Shown in pieces: positions 1 to 13,800 of a stretch of DNA of 64,000 nucleotides (positions are counted from its first letter, which is position 1; each line of letters starts with the position of its first letter). The position numbers were made by a program, and so were the translations under genes. The stretch comes from Klebsormidium nitens (taxonomy: Eukaryota; Plantae; Klebsormidiophyceae): positions 1 to 64,000 of the forward strand of contig DF237422.1 in assembly GCA_000708835.1 (NCBI GenBank), given 5' to 3'. The notes beneath the pieces are model-generated. The model worked only from the letters and a program-made list of their open reading frames with translations, did no database searches and was not told the origin of the DNA.

Positions 1-3000
1 CGCCGAGCGGGAGGCTGCCAAGGCGAAGGGCCCAGAAGCGTCCCGCAACTTGCTCGACGGGAAGCGGCTCACACGGTCGCAGCTCGGGGCGGTCCTTGCC
101 CCGTTGATGGAGGCCGTGCGATCAACGGTCGCGTGCGAGTGCGTTTACACCCGATGCGCTGCGCTCAAGGTAGGTTCGCTCTCCGCCTCCAGCGCATTAC
201 CTTAGCGAGAGCTTCTGGGAAGGAGGGTATCTTATGGCAACAAATGCAGCGCTGATTGCTTAGCTGGTCGTCAAATGCCTCACGACGCTGATGGAGGCGA
301 CCGATCGACGGTCGCTTGTGAGTGCGTTTACACCAGATGCGCTCCGCTAAAGGTAGGCACAATTTGTTGTTTCGAGAGGTCGGCTTGGATAGGGCTTTTC
401 CCGTGCTGCGCTGCGCTTATGGTGAATACAAACGTGCGCTTCGGAGAGCTTGGCTTGCAGAAGGGGTTTCTACGATGCGCCGCACTTTTGGCAGACTCAA
501 ACCCGTTTTCTCGACGGCTTCTGCATAAAAAGGGCGTATACGATGCATTGTGCTCAAGGTAGGCTCGCTTTGGATTTCCAGCGGTCCGCTTGGTCCGCTT
601 GGTCCGCTCAATTCCCATCTGGCGACCGATGCACTGCCGGCAAAGTGGAAATTGGTCGCCAAAGGCAGATGGTACCAAAAGACTCAAGCCGTCAAACGAC
701 TCTTTCCTCTTGAATGTGTATGAGCGGACTTTACACCCTCGTCACAACCTGGATTTGCCGTTTCTTGCAGGCACAATTCTGGATACCGATCGATAGCGAC
801 TCCTCGAAAGATCTCTTGTCGACAGTCAGTGTGTTTTGATTCTTCTCTACAATTTCCTTTCTCCGCTGCAAGCAATGATTTGCATGCAAAGCAGACTCCC
901 CCGAAAAAGCTGCAGTTGACGGTCAGCCATCTTAACGCCCTTGGATCGTTGGTACGCCTGTCCTTACGTTACTCAGAGGGAAAAGGAGGAAAAAGAACAA
1001 GCTTTCTCTTCTGTTGCAGGCCATAATTTGGATGCACACTTATACCGACTGCCCTGACGAGCTCCAGTCGACGATACCTCTTTCTCAGCACTGCTCGATC
1101 AAATGCCGAATTACCATTATGGAGCATGCATGCGACAAGTATCTTTCGCAGTGGGTACCCCTGAAGAGGGTGTGGGGTCACGCTTATCTTAGTACTTCCT
1201 CCTCTGCTGCAGGTCTTGATCTGGATGCAAACGGAAACGGACTCCCCGGAAGAGCTCCATGTCGGACGATCAGCCGTCTTAATGCTTTCGCTTCGCTTGA
1301 CCTTAAAGAGGGCGTCAGATTTCAAGGACCTCTCGTGCATCTGAGTCCTAGGGAAATTTCATCCGACGGACCAGATTCCATCTCAACAATTGTCCCGAGC
1401 CACCAATTTGGCTCTATGGGCACTTTGCTGGTCGCCGAGGGGGGACCGGCCCCCCGACACCCTCTTTAAATCACACAACGGAAAATGAGTAGAGAAAAAC
1501 AAGTTCCCTCTTCCGCTGCAGGCCATGATCTGGATGCAAACGGAGACGGATTCCGCCGAAGAGCTCCAGTCGACGATCGCTGGGGAGCTGGCGGACTCGT
1601 TCTGGCCTGCCAGCCTCTTGAACGAACTTCTGCTGCAAATACACTCTCGCTTTAAAGCGACGCCCGAACTGGCGGGCACGCTACTCAAGATCACGAACTC
1701 GTGGGCGACTCTAGTTCCACACAAGGTGAGTTTAAAAGACGAAGTGAGAGATGGAGGGAAAGTGAGTGGAATGTCGATGTTAGACGTGTGCCTCTTAAGT
1801 GCAAGTCACGCTGGAGCTGGCAGGCACGCTGCTCGAGATCACAAACTCGTGGGCGACTCTAGTTCCACATAAGGTGAGAAAAAAGAATGGTGTAATGCGA
1901 AACCGAATGGGCTAAACGGAAATGATGACTTAAGGTTCTGTCATTTTGAGTTGATGAGAGAACTGGCAGGCACGCTGCTCCAGATCACGAATTCGTGGGC
2001 GTCTCTAGTTTCACATAAGGTAAATCGAGAAGCATGACATTTCGGAGCGTGTGGGTAAAATATGGTGAGTGGTGATGGTTCAATTTGTGCTTGTAAGTCC
2101 ACGCTCGAAGTTAGCGGGATGCTGATCAAAAATGGTTCTCGGCCTGAAAGTTCAAGGCAGTCAGAATAAGTGAGATGCTGTTGAATAAACGTTATTGGCC
2201 ATAGGATTCAAGCAAGTCAAAGCAAGCGGGATGCTGTTCAAGAAACGTTCTCGGCCAAAAGGGTCAAGGCAATTAGGGGACTTTTTCCCAAGCTCGTGAG
2301 TCATGGCCAACTCTTGTACCACAGATGATAGTGCAATCAAACTGAAAGCGAACCATGAAATTACAACTTCAAAGTCAAGGCAGGGTGGTACGTTCTGAGG
2401 CCTGCAGAGATTTGATTGTCGATTCAACGAAGGGTTCACGTATAATGTTTTCCACCCAAAATGAACGGGGAGAAAAACGAAAACAAATTAGAACATAGCC
2501 CCTGTTTGCCTGTGGCATATCCTCTTAGGTCGACATGGACTTTCCACTTCAAGTTTTTCTCAAGTGATTCTTCCACGGATCAGTCGATAAATTCATATCT
2601 ACGAAAAGAAGACAGTAGAATTTTTCTGAATGCCGTTTTGTTTTCTTTCAGGTCGACGTGGACGTTCTGCAAACCCTCTGGAAGTCCTGCCTCGTCGGGT
2701 GCGGTCCCCCAGGAAAGCACATCGCACTGGAAGCGGTTGGAAACGTCCTCGATCTGCCGCCACCCAAACCCCCCGGTTTGGCCAAACCCTCCCGAACCCC
2801 CGCTGAGCAAGCGGCGGCTGCTGCGGCGTCGGACCCGAAAGGAGCCACCGCCTTGCAACGGCTTGTACAGGTAGGTGGATGCGAGTAGAAATATTGGAAG
2901 GGATTGGACCCTCCCCGTACGTTGACTCGGCGCTCATTTCGCTTGTGTCATTTAGTTCACAAGGGGATAAGTTGGCTGCAATCAATACAGCTTCTGTCTG

Positions 3001-6000
3001 CCTTTGAAAATGGGAACCACTTAACATTGTGAGCGTTTCGACCAGCATCATCAACTGTTTGAATCCTTCGTTTAGATTCCCTGAAGTTAGATCATCCACG
3101 AATCTGGCAGAATCCTTAAGGCAAGTCTGGTTTGGAAGTCCATGACGATCAATTTTGCAAAGCGTTCTGCGTACACTAAATCTTCGCTTGCTGCCCACAA
3201 CTCCCTCAGTAAAGTTGGCAACGTCTGTACTTGGGACGCAGAAATTTCCTTGTAGCGACACATGGGATGGGGGAAGAGGAGCTTGTCGTGGCAACTGCAG
3301 CTTTCTGCAGGAAAATAAAGGCAAAGCGCTTCATATTGCTGATTTATCTTCGTGCAGGCCGCAGTGTGGTTTCTGGGCGAGAACGCAAACTACGCCGCAT
3401 CAGAGTACGCATGGGAGCCGCAGTCAGCGGCGGGCCAGATGCTGATGATGATGGAAGGGGAGAAGATGGTCATGGCGGCAGGAGTCCGTAACCCGACCCT
3501 TGCGGCGGCGCTAGCACGATTGCAGCGGTGTGCGGTGGCAAGTAGCTGGGAGGTGAGTCGGAATCCTTTAGCGGTTTACCTAAGTTTTGAGTTTTTGTTC
3601 TCATCCTGGGTGTCACTCACTGAAGGATGATGGAAGAAAACACGGTTGTCATGGTGCNNNNNNNNNNNNNNNNNNNNNNNNNNNNNNNNNNNNNNNNNNN
3701 NNNNNNNNNNNNNNNNNNNNNNNNNNNNNNNNNNNNNNNNNNNNNNNNNNNNNNNNNNNNNNNNNNNNNNNNNNNNNNNNNNNNNNNNNNNNNNNNNNNN
3801 NNNNNNNNNNNNNNNNNNNNNNNNNNNNNNNNNNNNNNNNNNNNNNNNNNNNNNNNNNNNNNNNNNNNNNNNNNNNNNNNNNNNNNNNNNNNNNNNNNNN
3901 NNNNNNNNNNNNNNNNNNNNNNNNNNNNNNNNNNNNNNNNNNNNNNNNNNNNNNNNNNNNNNNNNNNNNNNNNNNNNNNNNNNNNNNNNNNNNNNNNNNN
4001 NNNNNNNNNNNNNNNNNNNNNNNNNNNNNNNNNNNNNNNNNNNNNNNNNNNNNNNNNNNNNNNNNNNNNNNNNNNNNNNNNNNNNNNNNNNNNNNNNNNN
4101 NNNNNNNNNNNNNNNNNNNNNNNNNNNNNNNNNNNNNNNNNNNNNNNNNNNNNNNNNNNNNNNNNNNNNNNNNNNCACTGAAGGATGATGGAAGAAAACA
4201 CGGTTGTCATGGTGCGACAGTGAGGACCGACTGCAGCAGTGCGCGGTAGCGAGTAGCTGGGAGGTGAGTCACGTATGTTCTCAGTGATCCAGAACTCTTG
4301 TCGCATGATCACGTGTATCTAATCCGCTGGGTATGCTTTTATGGTGGGGATGGAAGGGGAGAAGATGGTCATGCCTGCGGAAGTGAGAAACCCGACGCTT
4401 GCGGCAGCGCTGGCACGGCTCCAGCGGTGCGCAGTGGTGAGTAGCTGGGAGGTAAGTTGGATTTTTCTGTCGAAGTCGTTTGTCAGATACCTTAGGTCCC
4501 GGTGATAGTCAGATTCGGGCTTGGTAGAAGCTAATGATGCAGAAGATGCAACGGGAAGAAGAAGTGAAAGGCGAGAGTTTGTAGGAGGTGAGTCAAATGT
4601 GGCAGCATCTATCCTATGTATTCGGTGCTCATTTCTGTATGGCCGCAGCCTGAGTGGATTTCGATGGCAAATTGGAACGGACATATTCTCGTGGCAGCGG
4701 GGGTGTGGAAACTTACTCCGTTTTGATCATCGTGTCTTCAAAACAAGATCCTACTGTTAAGTTCGAACTTGCGCAGGTACGTGCAGTGGCTGCGCAGGCG
4801 ATCATCACCGTTGCCCGCCGCTCCGGCAAGCCTTACCGGCTCCTCTGATACGCTTTGCACTGTGAAGAATGCCCATCGGCCTGTACGTCAACGACATTTG
4901 CCTTTCATCGGACAAACAAAAGGTACTGTAGTCTGTACATTCCTACTCAAGACGAGCTAACTGCGGATCCTGATTTTCAAGCGCTGGCTCTTGCAGGTAC
5001 GTGTTGTGGCGGCTCAGGCGATCATCACCGTCGCCCTCCGCTCGGGCGAACCGTACCGGCTCCAGTGCTACGAGTTCCTCACGTCACTCTTGCGCGGCGA
5101 GAAGCTGAAGCACAAGCTGCAAGAGCAACAGGGGGTGGCTAGTAGCGGGGAGGACGAGGGGGGGTCCGGGTCGGGGCTCGCGAACGTGGTCGCACCGATG
5201 CTACGGATGCTGGACGAGATCTACACGGCGCAGGACCAGTTTGTGCGGTGAGTAGGGGGACGGAATTTTGCGCAGAACATTTATTTTCAGGTTTCCTGAA
5301 AGTGCAATTGCATCAGATTTGCCGGTCAAATTTGTTTTGGGATATTGATAGGGGTCCGGATTGGGGCTCGCGAACGTGGGCGCGCCGATGCTGCGGATGC
5401 TGGACGAGATCTACACGGCACAGGACCAGGTTTGTGCGGCAAGCGGTTCTTGCGCAGTACCGCTTAAATTTGAATGTTTCTTAAGGGTAGAGTAGAGTGG
5501 AGGGCGGTAAATGTTGGAAAAGTTAAGCGACAAGGTCGGGTTCAAAAGAGGAGTGGACCGAGCTTCAATACACGGTCTCCTTCGCCTCTCTCTCTGCTGG
5601 AAGGGGGACCTTGCAATGTCCTAGTCGAAAAGACTTACTTAACCTTAACTCTAAACTTTAGCAAAGCTCTTAAAGGGATCTGCAGCAGCATGAAAATCCA
5701 AGGAACGGTGGACCGAACCCCAATTGTAGTCGTTCTACACCACGCACGACACCCTCCTTCGCCTGGAAGTCCTTCATGTGCTTCGAAGGCATGTTCGAAG
5801 ATTCTACCCGGAACCTTCTTATTGCAGTTGAATTCGGATTTTCGTTGTCATGCTTGCGGGGATCTCCGGCAACACGAGGTTCCAAGGAAGAGTGGACCGA
5901 ACCCCAACTCGAGTGGCTACACAACACGCACCGACGCCCTTCTTCGACTCGTCTCCCTCTCTGTTTCAAGTAACACCTCCCACTCGGCACCAGCCTTAGA

Positions 6001-9000
6001 ATACTGAAACCCTAAAATATCTGCCTACTTTTGCAGGGACCTTCGGCAACATGAGAACAGCAAAGAAGAGTGGACCGAACCCCAACTCGAGTGGCTACAC
6101 AACACGCACCGACGCCCTTCTTCGACTCGTCTGCCTCTCTGCTTCAAGTAACACCTCCCTCTCGGCACCAGCCTTGGAATACTGAAACCCTAAAATATCT
6201 GCCTAACTTTGCAGGGAACTTCGGCAACATGAGAACAGCAAAGAAGAGTGGACCGAACCCCAGCTCGAGTCGCTCTTTAACACGCACGACACCCTCCTTC
6301 GCCTCGTCTCCCTCTTCTGTTTCGTCCCCCGCTCCAAGTACCTTCCGCTCGGTCCAACGAGTGCTGACCTCATCGAACAATACAAGCTGGCGCACAACAT
6401 TGTGACGACATCAACGCCGGTTACTCCGAACGATGCTGCGGTTACGACGGGCATCGCGAACTTGACGGTTAGCGGGCCGGGAATGTACATGGATATGCAG
6501 GTGAAAAGGAACTTCGATTTTCCTTCCGTTTGTGAAAGACTTATGTTGTGAGGTTCTGTAGGGTCTCCCGATTGACGTAAAATTTCGATGAATGTTTTCG
6601 CATTTGACTCCACATGATGCTAAGGTTACGACGGGCATTGCGAACTTGACCGTTAGCGGGCCAGGAATGTACATGGATATGCAGGTGAGAAGAGTCGTGT
6701 TTGATGTGGACGTTCTTCGCATTCACAGGTCTATGGGATCTGACGACTGGCGGGTTTTTTCCCCCAAATCACAAGCTCGCTTCGGAGTGCTTTCAATCTG
6801 CCATGTATTTCTTATTGGGTGCACCTCTTGGTCTTCCCAAGAGTTGAAGCCGTCGCCTCAGGGATGTCTCGTCGTGTCGTTGTTATGATTGTGTGGGCAA
6901 ACAAGATTGGCAGGTTTGCCACTTTTGAACGACGTTTTAACGAGGCCGGCTTCATTGCTGGTCAAGACAAAACGTAACTCGCTTGACCAGAGGTCTACCA
7001 CGCCTGACCATTTTTCTGCTGCTCTTTCAAAGCCCGATGAGCGACATGTTTCAGTTCTTTACCAACAGCCTGCGTATTCTCTTCGTATACGTGAGTCTCG
7101 GAGTTCTTTACTAATCAGCCTGCTAATCCCCTTTGCAGCCCTCCCCCGCTCCCGCCGAAAACGGGGGGCCGACCCCAGCCGACGACCCCTGGGCGGGGAC
7201 CCCCCCGGGGATGGACCTGGTGAACGATTTTCTGGGGGGGGCGGTCCCCAAAGTCATCGGCAGTCTGGGCGACGAAAAGGGACCCCCCCCCGGAGAGCCG
7301 GACGCGCCAGTCAACTACGACGATCTATGGGCGAGCACAATGTTGGAGGAACAGGAGGAGGCGCGGGGGGGCGCGGTATCGGACTCGGACGATGACGCCT
7401 CGTCTGTGATCTCGTCCACTGTAAGTCTCGCGGTTCAAACTCCCGGGCCTTTCGCAAAAATGTCATATCTCGAAAAAGTGCAGAGTAAAGGCTGGCCGCG
7501 CCCTTTGGGCAAATAGCGTCCAGGTGCACAAGTGCTTGCGGCTCGGCGTCGGTCCCGTGAAAGACTGAAAGCAGGAGGTTGCATAAGTATAGAGTATCGA
7601 AAATGAGAGCTCCCCTCGCTCCGCAGTGAATTGTTCGTCCATACAAAGCAGTGGCGGCAGCGTTGAGCGCCAGGCAGCTTTTCAAGGTCCCAGACGTTCT
7701 TGCCGCTCGGCTTCCGCTCCCAAAGCCAGGAATGCGCTAATATTCGACACTAAGAAAGCTAGAGTTTCTCCTTGTTGCGCAGTCGGACGCCTCTTTTATG
7801 CAGATTAGCGACGGCGGTGTTGAGCGCCCGGGCAGCTTCAGTTTTCTACATTATCACCGCTCCAGTCTGTCTTCCCTGAGATACGAAAAGCAAAAACCCA
7901 CCAGATTTCACAAAAGTACTAGAGAAAAGTCTGCTCACTTTGCAGTCAGACGCATCGTCCATGCAAACTAGCGGCGGCATCTTCGAGCGCCCCGGCAGCT
8001 TCAAGGTCCAGACATTCTCGCCACTCGGCTTCGCCTCGCCGTCTCGAGAAGGAGGCGCGTCCACCTCCTCCCCCTTCTCCGGTTCCATCACCAACGAGTC
8101 GCCACGTGTCTTCCGGCGCTCCCTTGACTGGTCCACGAGCGGTGAGAAGAATGTCATGGTGACGTTTCAAGCGGTCTGGTATGGATTGTTGCGTCTCGTA
8201 GTGCCGGGTTTCGCTTTCATCCTTTTCCAATCCTCCGGGTCCCTTTACCAAAGTCGCCACGTGTCTTCCGACGTCCCTTGACTGGTCTACCTGCGGTAAG
8301 AATTGTCACGAGACTGTCGCGGAGTGCGGGAAATTCTGAATTGGAGCGTTCAGTGTAGTTATCCACGTGTTTTTTCGACGATCCCCTGACTGGTCCACCA
8401 GCGGCAAGGATCGGAAGATTGTCTGGGTCTTGTAAACGGTATAGCTCCTGGTGGACTCGCCACGTCTCTTCCGAAGCTCTCTTTTATGGTCGACCAGTGG
8501 TGAGAGTCTGTCACGATAACGTCCCTCTGAATACGAGGAGTTTTCGGCTTCCAGAAACGCAGGACTCAATTCTTCAAAGAATCGGTACTCCTTTTAACCA
8601 AAAAGAACTACCACATTACGAAGATTGTCAATGCACTGCCAGTCTCACCGCTGTCCTACGTATTCCTTCGTGCAGCTTCGAGCCCCACCGCCGCCCGAGG
8701 CGGCAACGCTCACTTCGACAGCGTCTCAGCGTCCCAATCGCGGCCGAGCCACACGCGCGGCCTCAGCACGCTTTCCGAAGCTTCGGCGGGGGGGTCCGGG
8801 AAGACCGTGTTCGGTCAGAACGGGGAACCCCCTAGAATGGGCAAGGCGATCTACGACTTTGAGGCGGGTGGCGCGGATGAAGTGGACCTGAAAGTGGGTG
8901 ACGTTGTGCAGATTCAGTACGAAGTGGAGGGCTGGTACCATGTAAGACGTAACCCCAACCCTAACCCTAACCCTAACCCTAACCCTAACCCCAATTCTAA

Positions 9001-9481
9001 CCCTAAGCCTAAGCCTAAGCCTACCCCTGACCGTAAACTTACCTCAATCTGAACTTTAATCTCGACTTTGTCTTGACCGTGAAGAACATTAGCCTGAGTC
9101 TTAACTGTAAAGCTCAGACTTTGAAACCCTACGGATGTGGTTGCATATAAGCCAGGTGTCTTGCATCTCAGGTCGGGCAAGCTTCAAGTTTCTGCTCTCC
9201 TTTAGTGGGTCCTTAATGGAAGAACTGATTCCTGATCTCTACAGGACTCTGAAGGATCAGTTTCTATGGGGCGAGGCCGATCAGGCTCTGTGGTGCACTT
9301 TGACTCCCCTTAGATCCTCAACTTAAATCTTGGAGATGTAGGCAGATCAGTTGGAATATTTTCCTCACATTTTCGATTTGCTGAACGTTTGGGACTGCCT
9401 TGACTGCAGGTGACGAAAGTTGACGCCTATGGACGACCGTCAGGATTGGCTCCAGTCCTATACATCGAAGTTTCACAATGA
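1..9481 (+). CDS. TASH3: TPLATE complex subunit TASH3 (SH3-domain adaptor), 5'-truncated by window edge; 10 exons visible
   Basis: Exons 1-169, 1522-1725, 2652-2870, 3358-3552, 4997-5247, 6215-6500, 7139-7420, 7946-8141, 8676-8941, 9410-9481, GT-AG with consistent phases. Motifs RSTVACECVY, AAVWFLGENANYAASEYAWE, RNPTLAAALARLQRCA, RSGEPYRLQCYEFL, SLFCFVPRSKYLPLGP, VNYDDLWA and C-terminal SH3 GKAIYDFEAGGADEV...EVEGWYHV...GLAPVLY match plant TASH3 as recalled. Confidence 0.9.
3658..4175. other. Assembly gap (518 N) in TASH3 intron
   Basis: Run of N; the same 40-mer occurs at 3618-3657 and 4176-4215. Confidence 0.99.
5530..6214 (+). repeat. Serial intronic copies of the TASH3 acceptor plus 5' part of exon 6215-6500
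   Basis: Unit ...aaaccctaaaatatctgcct(a)ctttgcag|gga(c/a)cttcggcaacatgagaacagc ends at 6036 and 6214 (178-nt period); further decayed copies of gagtggaccga near 5550, 5710 and 5850. Confidence 0.9.
8951..9030. repeat. Interstitial telomere-like (AACCCT)n tract grading into (AAGCCT)n
   Basis: aaccccaaccctaaccctaaccctaaccctaaccctaaccccaattctaaccctaagcctaagcctaagcct, just after the donor at 8942. Confidence 0.9.
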
Positions 9482-10818
9482 CTTTGGAAAACCTTGACTG
9501 TTTCCTAGCAAGTTCAGCTCCGACATCTAGGGTAGCCCCTAGCTTCCTTAGCTCCTGTGGATACCAGCTTGTGTGTTGACGAATCCGTTTCCAGCAATTA
9601 GACGTTCAGGGTTTGCCAACAGCCTCACCAATGGTTTTGTAAGACAAGTCTAACCAAAGGATGTGCATTCTTCTTGGCATAAACAGAGCAGATATTGCAA
9701 ACGGTAGCATTCAGTGGTTGGTGCATGGACAGGCTGGGAAGCATGCTTGCAGCAGTGGGTTTGACCAAATGTCTTTCAATGTGTCTGAGTCAATTGCCAG
9801 CATATCATTGCTGTCATGATGAAGTACGTGGCAGGGTTTGACCTTCCGTAATTGGCATGTGAAATGCGACCCTGCCGCTGCATTGCTGTATATCGTTGCC
9901 AACCGTCGTGGCGCCACAACCATCATGGCATCTGGTCTCTCACAGCCTCTGACCTTTTGATATCTTAACGTTGAAGATATATTGCCCAAGCTTGACTGGT
10001 ATACGGTTCGGATCCAACCCGTGGGTTGGCTACAGCCTCTGACGGTACACGTCAAGAAACTTGCCAAGTTAAGCTCCAAGTGCGCACTATATGATAGTGC
10101 CATGATGAGCCCGCGCTGTCAAGAGGGTTGTGCGGCCCCGCGCGGCGGCGCCGCGCCTTTGCCAAGCACTGCACAATTTGGCAAGTATAGTGCAATAAGT
10201 TCCGGATTAGTTCAGTTAAGTTCCGTCGGAAGTTCAGCTAGATCAACATGAACATGTATCCTGACCGTCGGCAGGCAAACATGCCACGTGATATGCTCCT
10301 AGTGCATGCTCTGTTTGCAGCGCCCACGTGCCATGCAGCTGAGATCATTATTGGATGCATATTACAAACAAGTCACGAGTGGACTTCAATCAACGTCAGG
10401 ATGTGCACCGTCACGCTCGCGCGGTCTTCACGTCAGATTGGGATCGGTCACTGAATGATATGATCACTGCTCCCATGCGCAATCGAACTTTATTGGAACC
10501 CAGGTCAACATTGAGCCGCTGCCAGTCGATCACGCATGACATGACAGCTTCCTCAGTATATGACTCAGACGAGCCTCCCACGGGATACGCGCCATGTGCC
10601 AGCACGCCCAACTGGCATGTGTGGAGTACGTACAGATTGACAAATTGAGAGATTGGTGCCGCGCGCGCCCATGCAGACGATTGTTTACAGGCACTGAGTA
10701 GTGAAGTAACGTGTGTAGAATAGATGAAATCAATTTGATTGCACAGGTCATTCAGAGACTACCAGCATCGCTCAGTGCCAGTCGGCCAGACGTACGGTGA
10801 CTTCCGTTCTATAGACGA

Positions 10819-13800
10819 CTAATTTGACAACGACAACGAATGTCGTCGCACGTTGGACGCGGCAAGCGGCGCCCCAAGCTTCAGCCCTTTGGCTATCAAC
10901 GCCACCTTATTCGCGACCCCGACCACTTCTTCCCCGGACTCAACGCCCACCGTCGGATGCACCCGGTGGTTTGCCCCGGTCACTTTTCTCGAGCTCCTCC
11001 GGCGACCCTGCGGCGCCCACTCTAGTTGCGAGGTCGCCCCTTCGGACTTTCGGTGCACGCGCGCGCTCGCGGCCGCGGCCGCGAGCAGCTGCGACAGCGA
11101 CGGCTGACACGCGTCGCTCAGCTTGCAGCTGCTGACCTCCCCCTCGGGCACGTGCCGCAGCGCGGGCAGGGAAAGCCGCCCGGGTTTTCCGGGCCTGCTG
11201 ACGACACTGCTGGACGCGCTTCGTTCGCTCTCCCGCGACTCCGGTCGACCTTCCGGTCCCCGTTCCGCTCTCCATTCCGGTCTCTGCTCGCGCACCACCT
11301 TTTTGCTGAACAGAGCCATCCAGCTGCTGACCTCAGCCTCCCGCGGACTGACCGTGTTGCTGACGTCACTCCTCCGCGCGAACCGTTCCGCCGCGGCCGT
11401 GGCTGGCCCCTGCGCCTCCAACCAGTCTTTAAGCGCCACGTGGCTTCCATCAGTGTCGGCCGCAACGGATTCCGGCGGAGCGCCCACATCGATTGCCGAG
11501 AACCGGAACACCGGTCGGTCCAGTCTCGGGTCCGGTTTCCTGACGATCCCCCGCGGTTTGAGCAGCTTTTTGAGCTGCTCGACCGTTTTCCGCACCGGTT
11601 TTGACGCTCGCTCTAGTTCCTCCTGCTCCTGCTGCCGCCGCTCTTCCGAGACTTGCGCGATGCGCTTGCGCACTTTGATTTCCTGGTGCTCTGCAGGAAT
11701 GGTGAGTGGGTTTTAGCGGGACGTGCTATGCGCGAGCGGCTATTGAGGCGCAGAATGTGCGCGCACAGCGTGCGAGCTTCGCATTAGCTGAGTCCATTAT
11801 ACGAACTCATCTTTCCGTCTCGATTGATCCGCCAGGAAGCGGAAGTAGCGGGCGCGCTTTCTCACAGCAGAAACATTGAAGTTGCGGCATTTGCTTCGAA
11901 CGAATGGTCCAATTACGGGATCCCAGAAAACAGACACCGTAAACAGGAGCAATCTCGAGACTAAGAATCCTCAGGTCAATACAACGGTTTGCCTTTCTTG
12001 ACGCTTCCTTAAAGATTCTGTGGCGCAGAATGTGTCGCTGAAGTTTGAAAGCAGCGGTGGCAAACTCACACTGATTGCAGATTATTTGAGCGAACGATTG
12101 CCCACCTTGGAAAACGGCCTGCGCCGCCTGTTGCAACCTTTCGTACTTGGCAGCCATTGCCGGGTCGCTCGAGGGCAGTATGCGCTCATACAGCACCTGA
12201 AAGTGCGCCACGAACAGACTAATAATTTGTCCAACAACTTCGTTGCGTCAGCAATACTGACACTTGGTCAGGAAAGGCTCCAAAATGCAGAGCGGAAGGG
12301 AACACTCCAGTGAAGCCTAATGTAACTAGCCGTGAATGACGAACTCGTTGAGAGAAGCAAATTTCGATTCGATTTTCAACAAGACCCGACACGAGTTACA
12401 GGGTCTGATTGGAGACCGGAAGCCCTACGAATTTTCTTACTAAGAGCGCTCTGGCATCACATCGATGATTCGATTTCGACCAATCGCCGGGTGACTCTCT
12501 CGAAAGATCATTCTGATTGGAACAAGTAGAACCAGCGTCTATGGTTGATTTGAGTTGACCTCCTATTTTGACATCTCCCCAGCAACTCACCATCGTCTTG
12601 TCTTCGAAAGCTCGCCTCGACTCCAGCAACGCCTCTAGTTCTTTCCGCCGTGTTGCGGCGCCGTCCGCTGACGGCTCCGCTTCAACGTCGCTAACCGACC
12701 CCAAACCCATTTTCTCAACGAAACCTCCTGACACCGACTTGGCCGCTTCCGGTTCCGCCTCACCAGTTCCGCTGCTTTCCTCGACAGAGACGGAATGCTC
12801 TTCCGTTGCGCCCACTTCAGAGACTGAACTTCGGTCAACCCGATTTGACTCCTTGCTAGACGACTCACAAATTTGATTAAACCTCTCGACACCCTGCTTA
12901 ACCGACTTCAAACCAGACTCGGAACCCGACGGCAACCCATTTCCGCCCGCGTTCCGCTCCTTGGCTGACTCCAGCGGATTCCGTCCGCCGCCTCTTCCGC
13001 CGGGATCCTTAGGCCCTGTTGCCGCAGGTTGGTTCTCTTTTGCGCTGCTTCGTCTGCGGCTGTAGAGCCGTGACAAGGCCCCCGATTTCTCCCCTTCTTG
13101 GTACTTCTGGATTTGGCGATGATCTAGGTTAACGAGGTTGAGGGTTTCGAGGATGAGGGATTCTTTGATGCGGAGGTCGAGCGGGGTGTCGGTGGTAAAA
13201 GACGGGGAGTGGTTCACCTGATCAGGAAAAGCCGTAGAAACGTGTGAGGTCTTGAACAATTGATCAATAACTCGACTGAGGATTACCGAATCTACGATGG
13301 CACATCTTGGAGAAAGTCCTTTTTTTTTAGACCCAAGGTTTCCTCCGGGGAACTGTTCCAAGTTCATAAACGCAAAGGGAAAGTTTGGCGAATTGCGGGA
13401 AATTGACAGTGTAAGCAGAACCAGAAAAAGTCCTCAATTTTCTCTTTACTACCAATCAAATAATCCAGAGGATCCTATTTTGACTCTCTTGTGAATCGTA
13501 TCCTCCCGGTAGTCTGACGCCCAACAGGAACCGCTTGAAAGAGTTCTGCGCAAAGTCTGCTAACCGCAGGCACTTCAACCCATGTCAGAGCGCCACGTGG
13601 CGCACCTCGAGCAGCCAGGGCTTGCATTTGTGGTCCAGGATGACGTCAAGTCCGAGCAGCTCGAAGCACGAGAAGGGGTCGCGGCCGTCGGGGATGCACG
13701 TGCGGTAGTTGTGCGCGAGCAGCGGCTGGATGGAGATCAGGGTTTTGCACGTGACGTCCTGCACACGTCAGCAACGGCTCGGTTTAGGGTTTGAATCTCT

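Noticed and set aside
3576-4312. Long ORFs in the supplied track around the gap
   Set aside because: They consist of X residues from the N run.
4335-4456. Second copy of the TASH3 exon-4 3' half as a possible alternative exon
   Set aside because: Only the 3' half is copied, with no matching acceptor or full-length frame. It behaves as an echo, unlike GSH1 exon 8b.
8807-9180. ORFs with NPNPNP and GLGLGL repeats
   Set aside because: These are translations of the intronic (AACCCT)n tract; the real exon ends at the donor after 8941.
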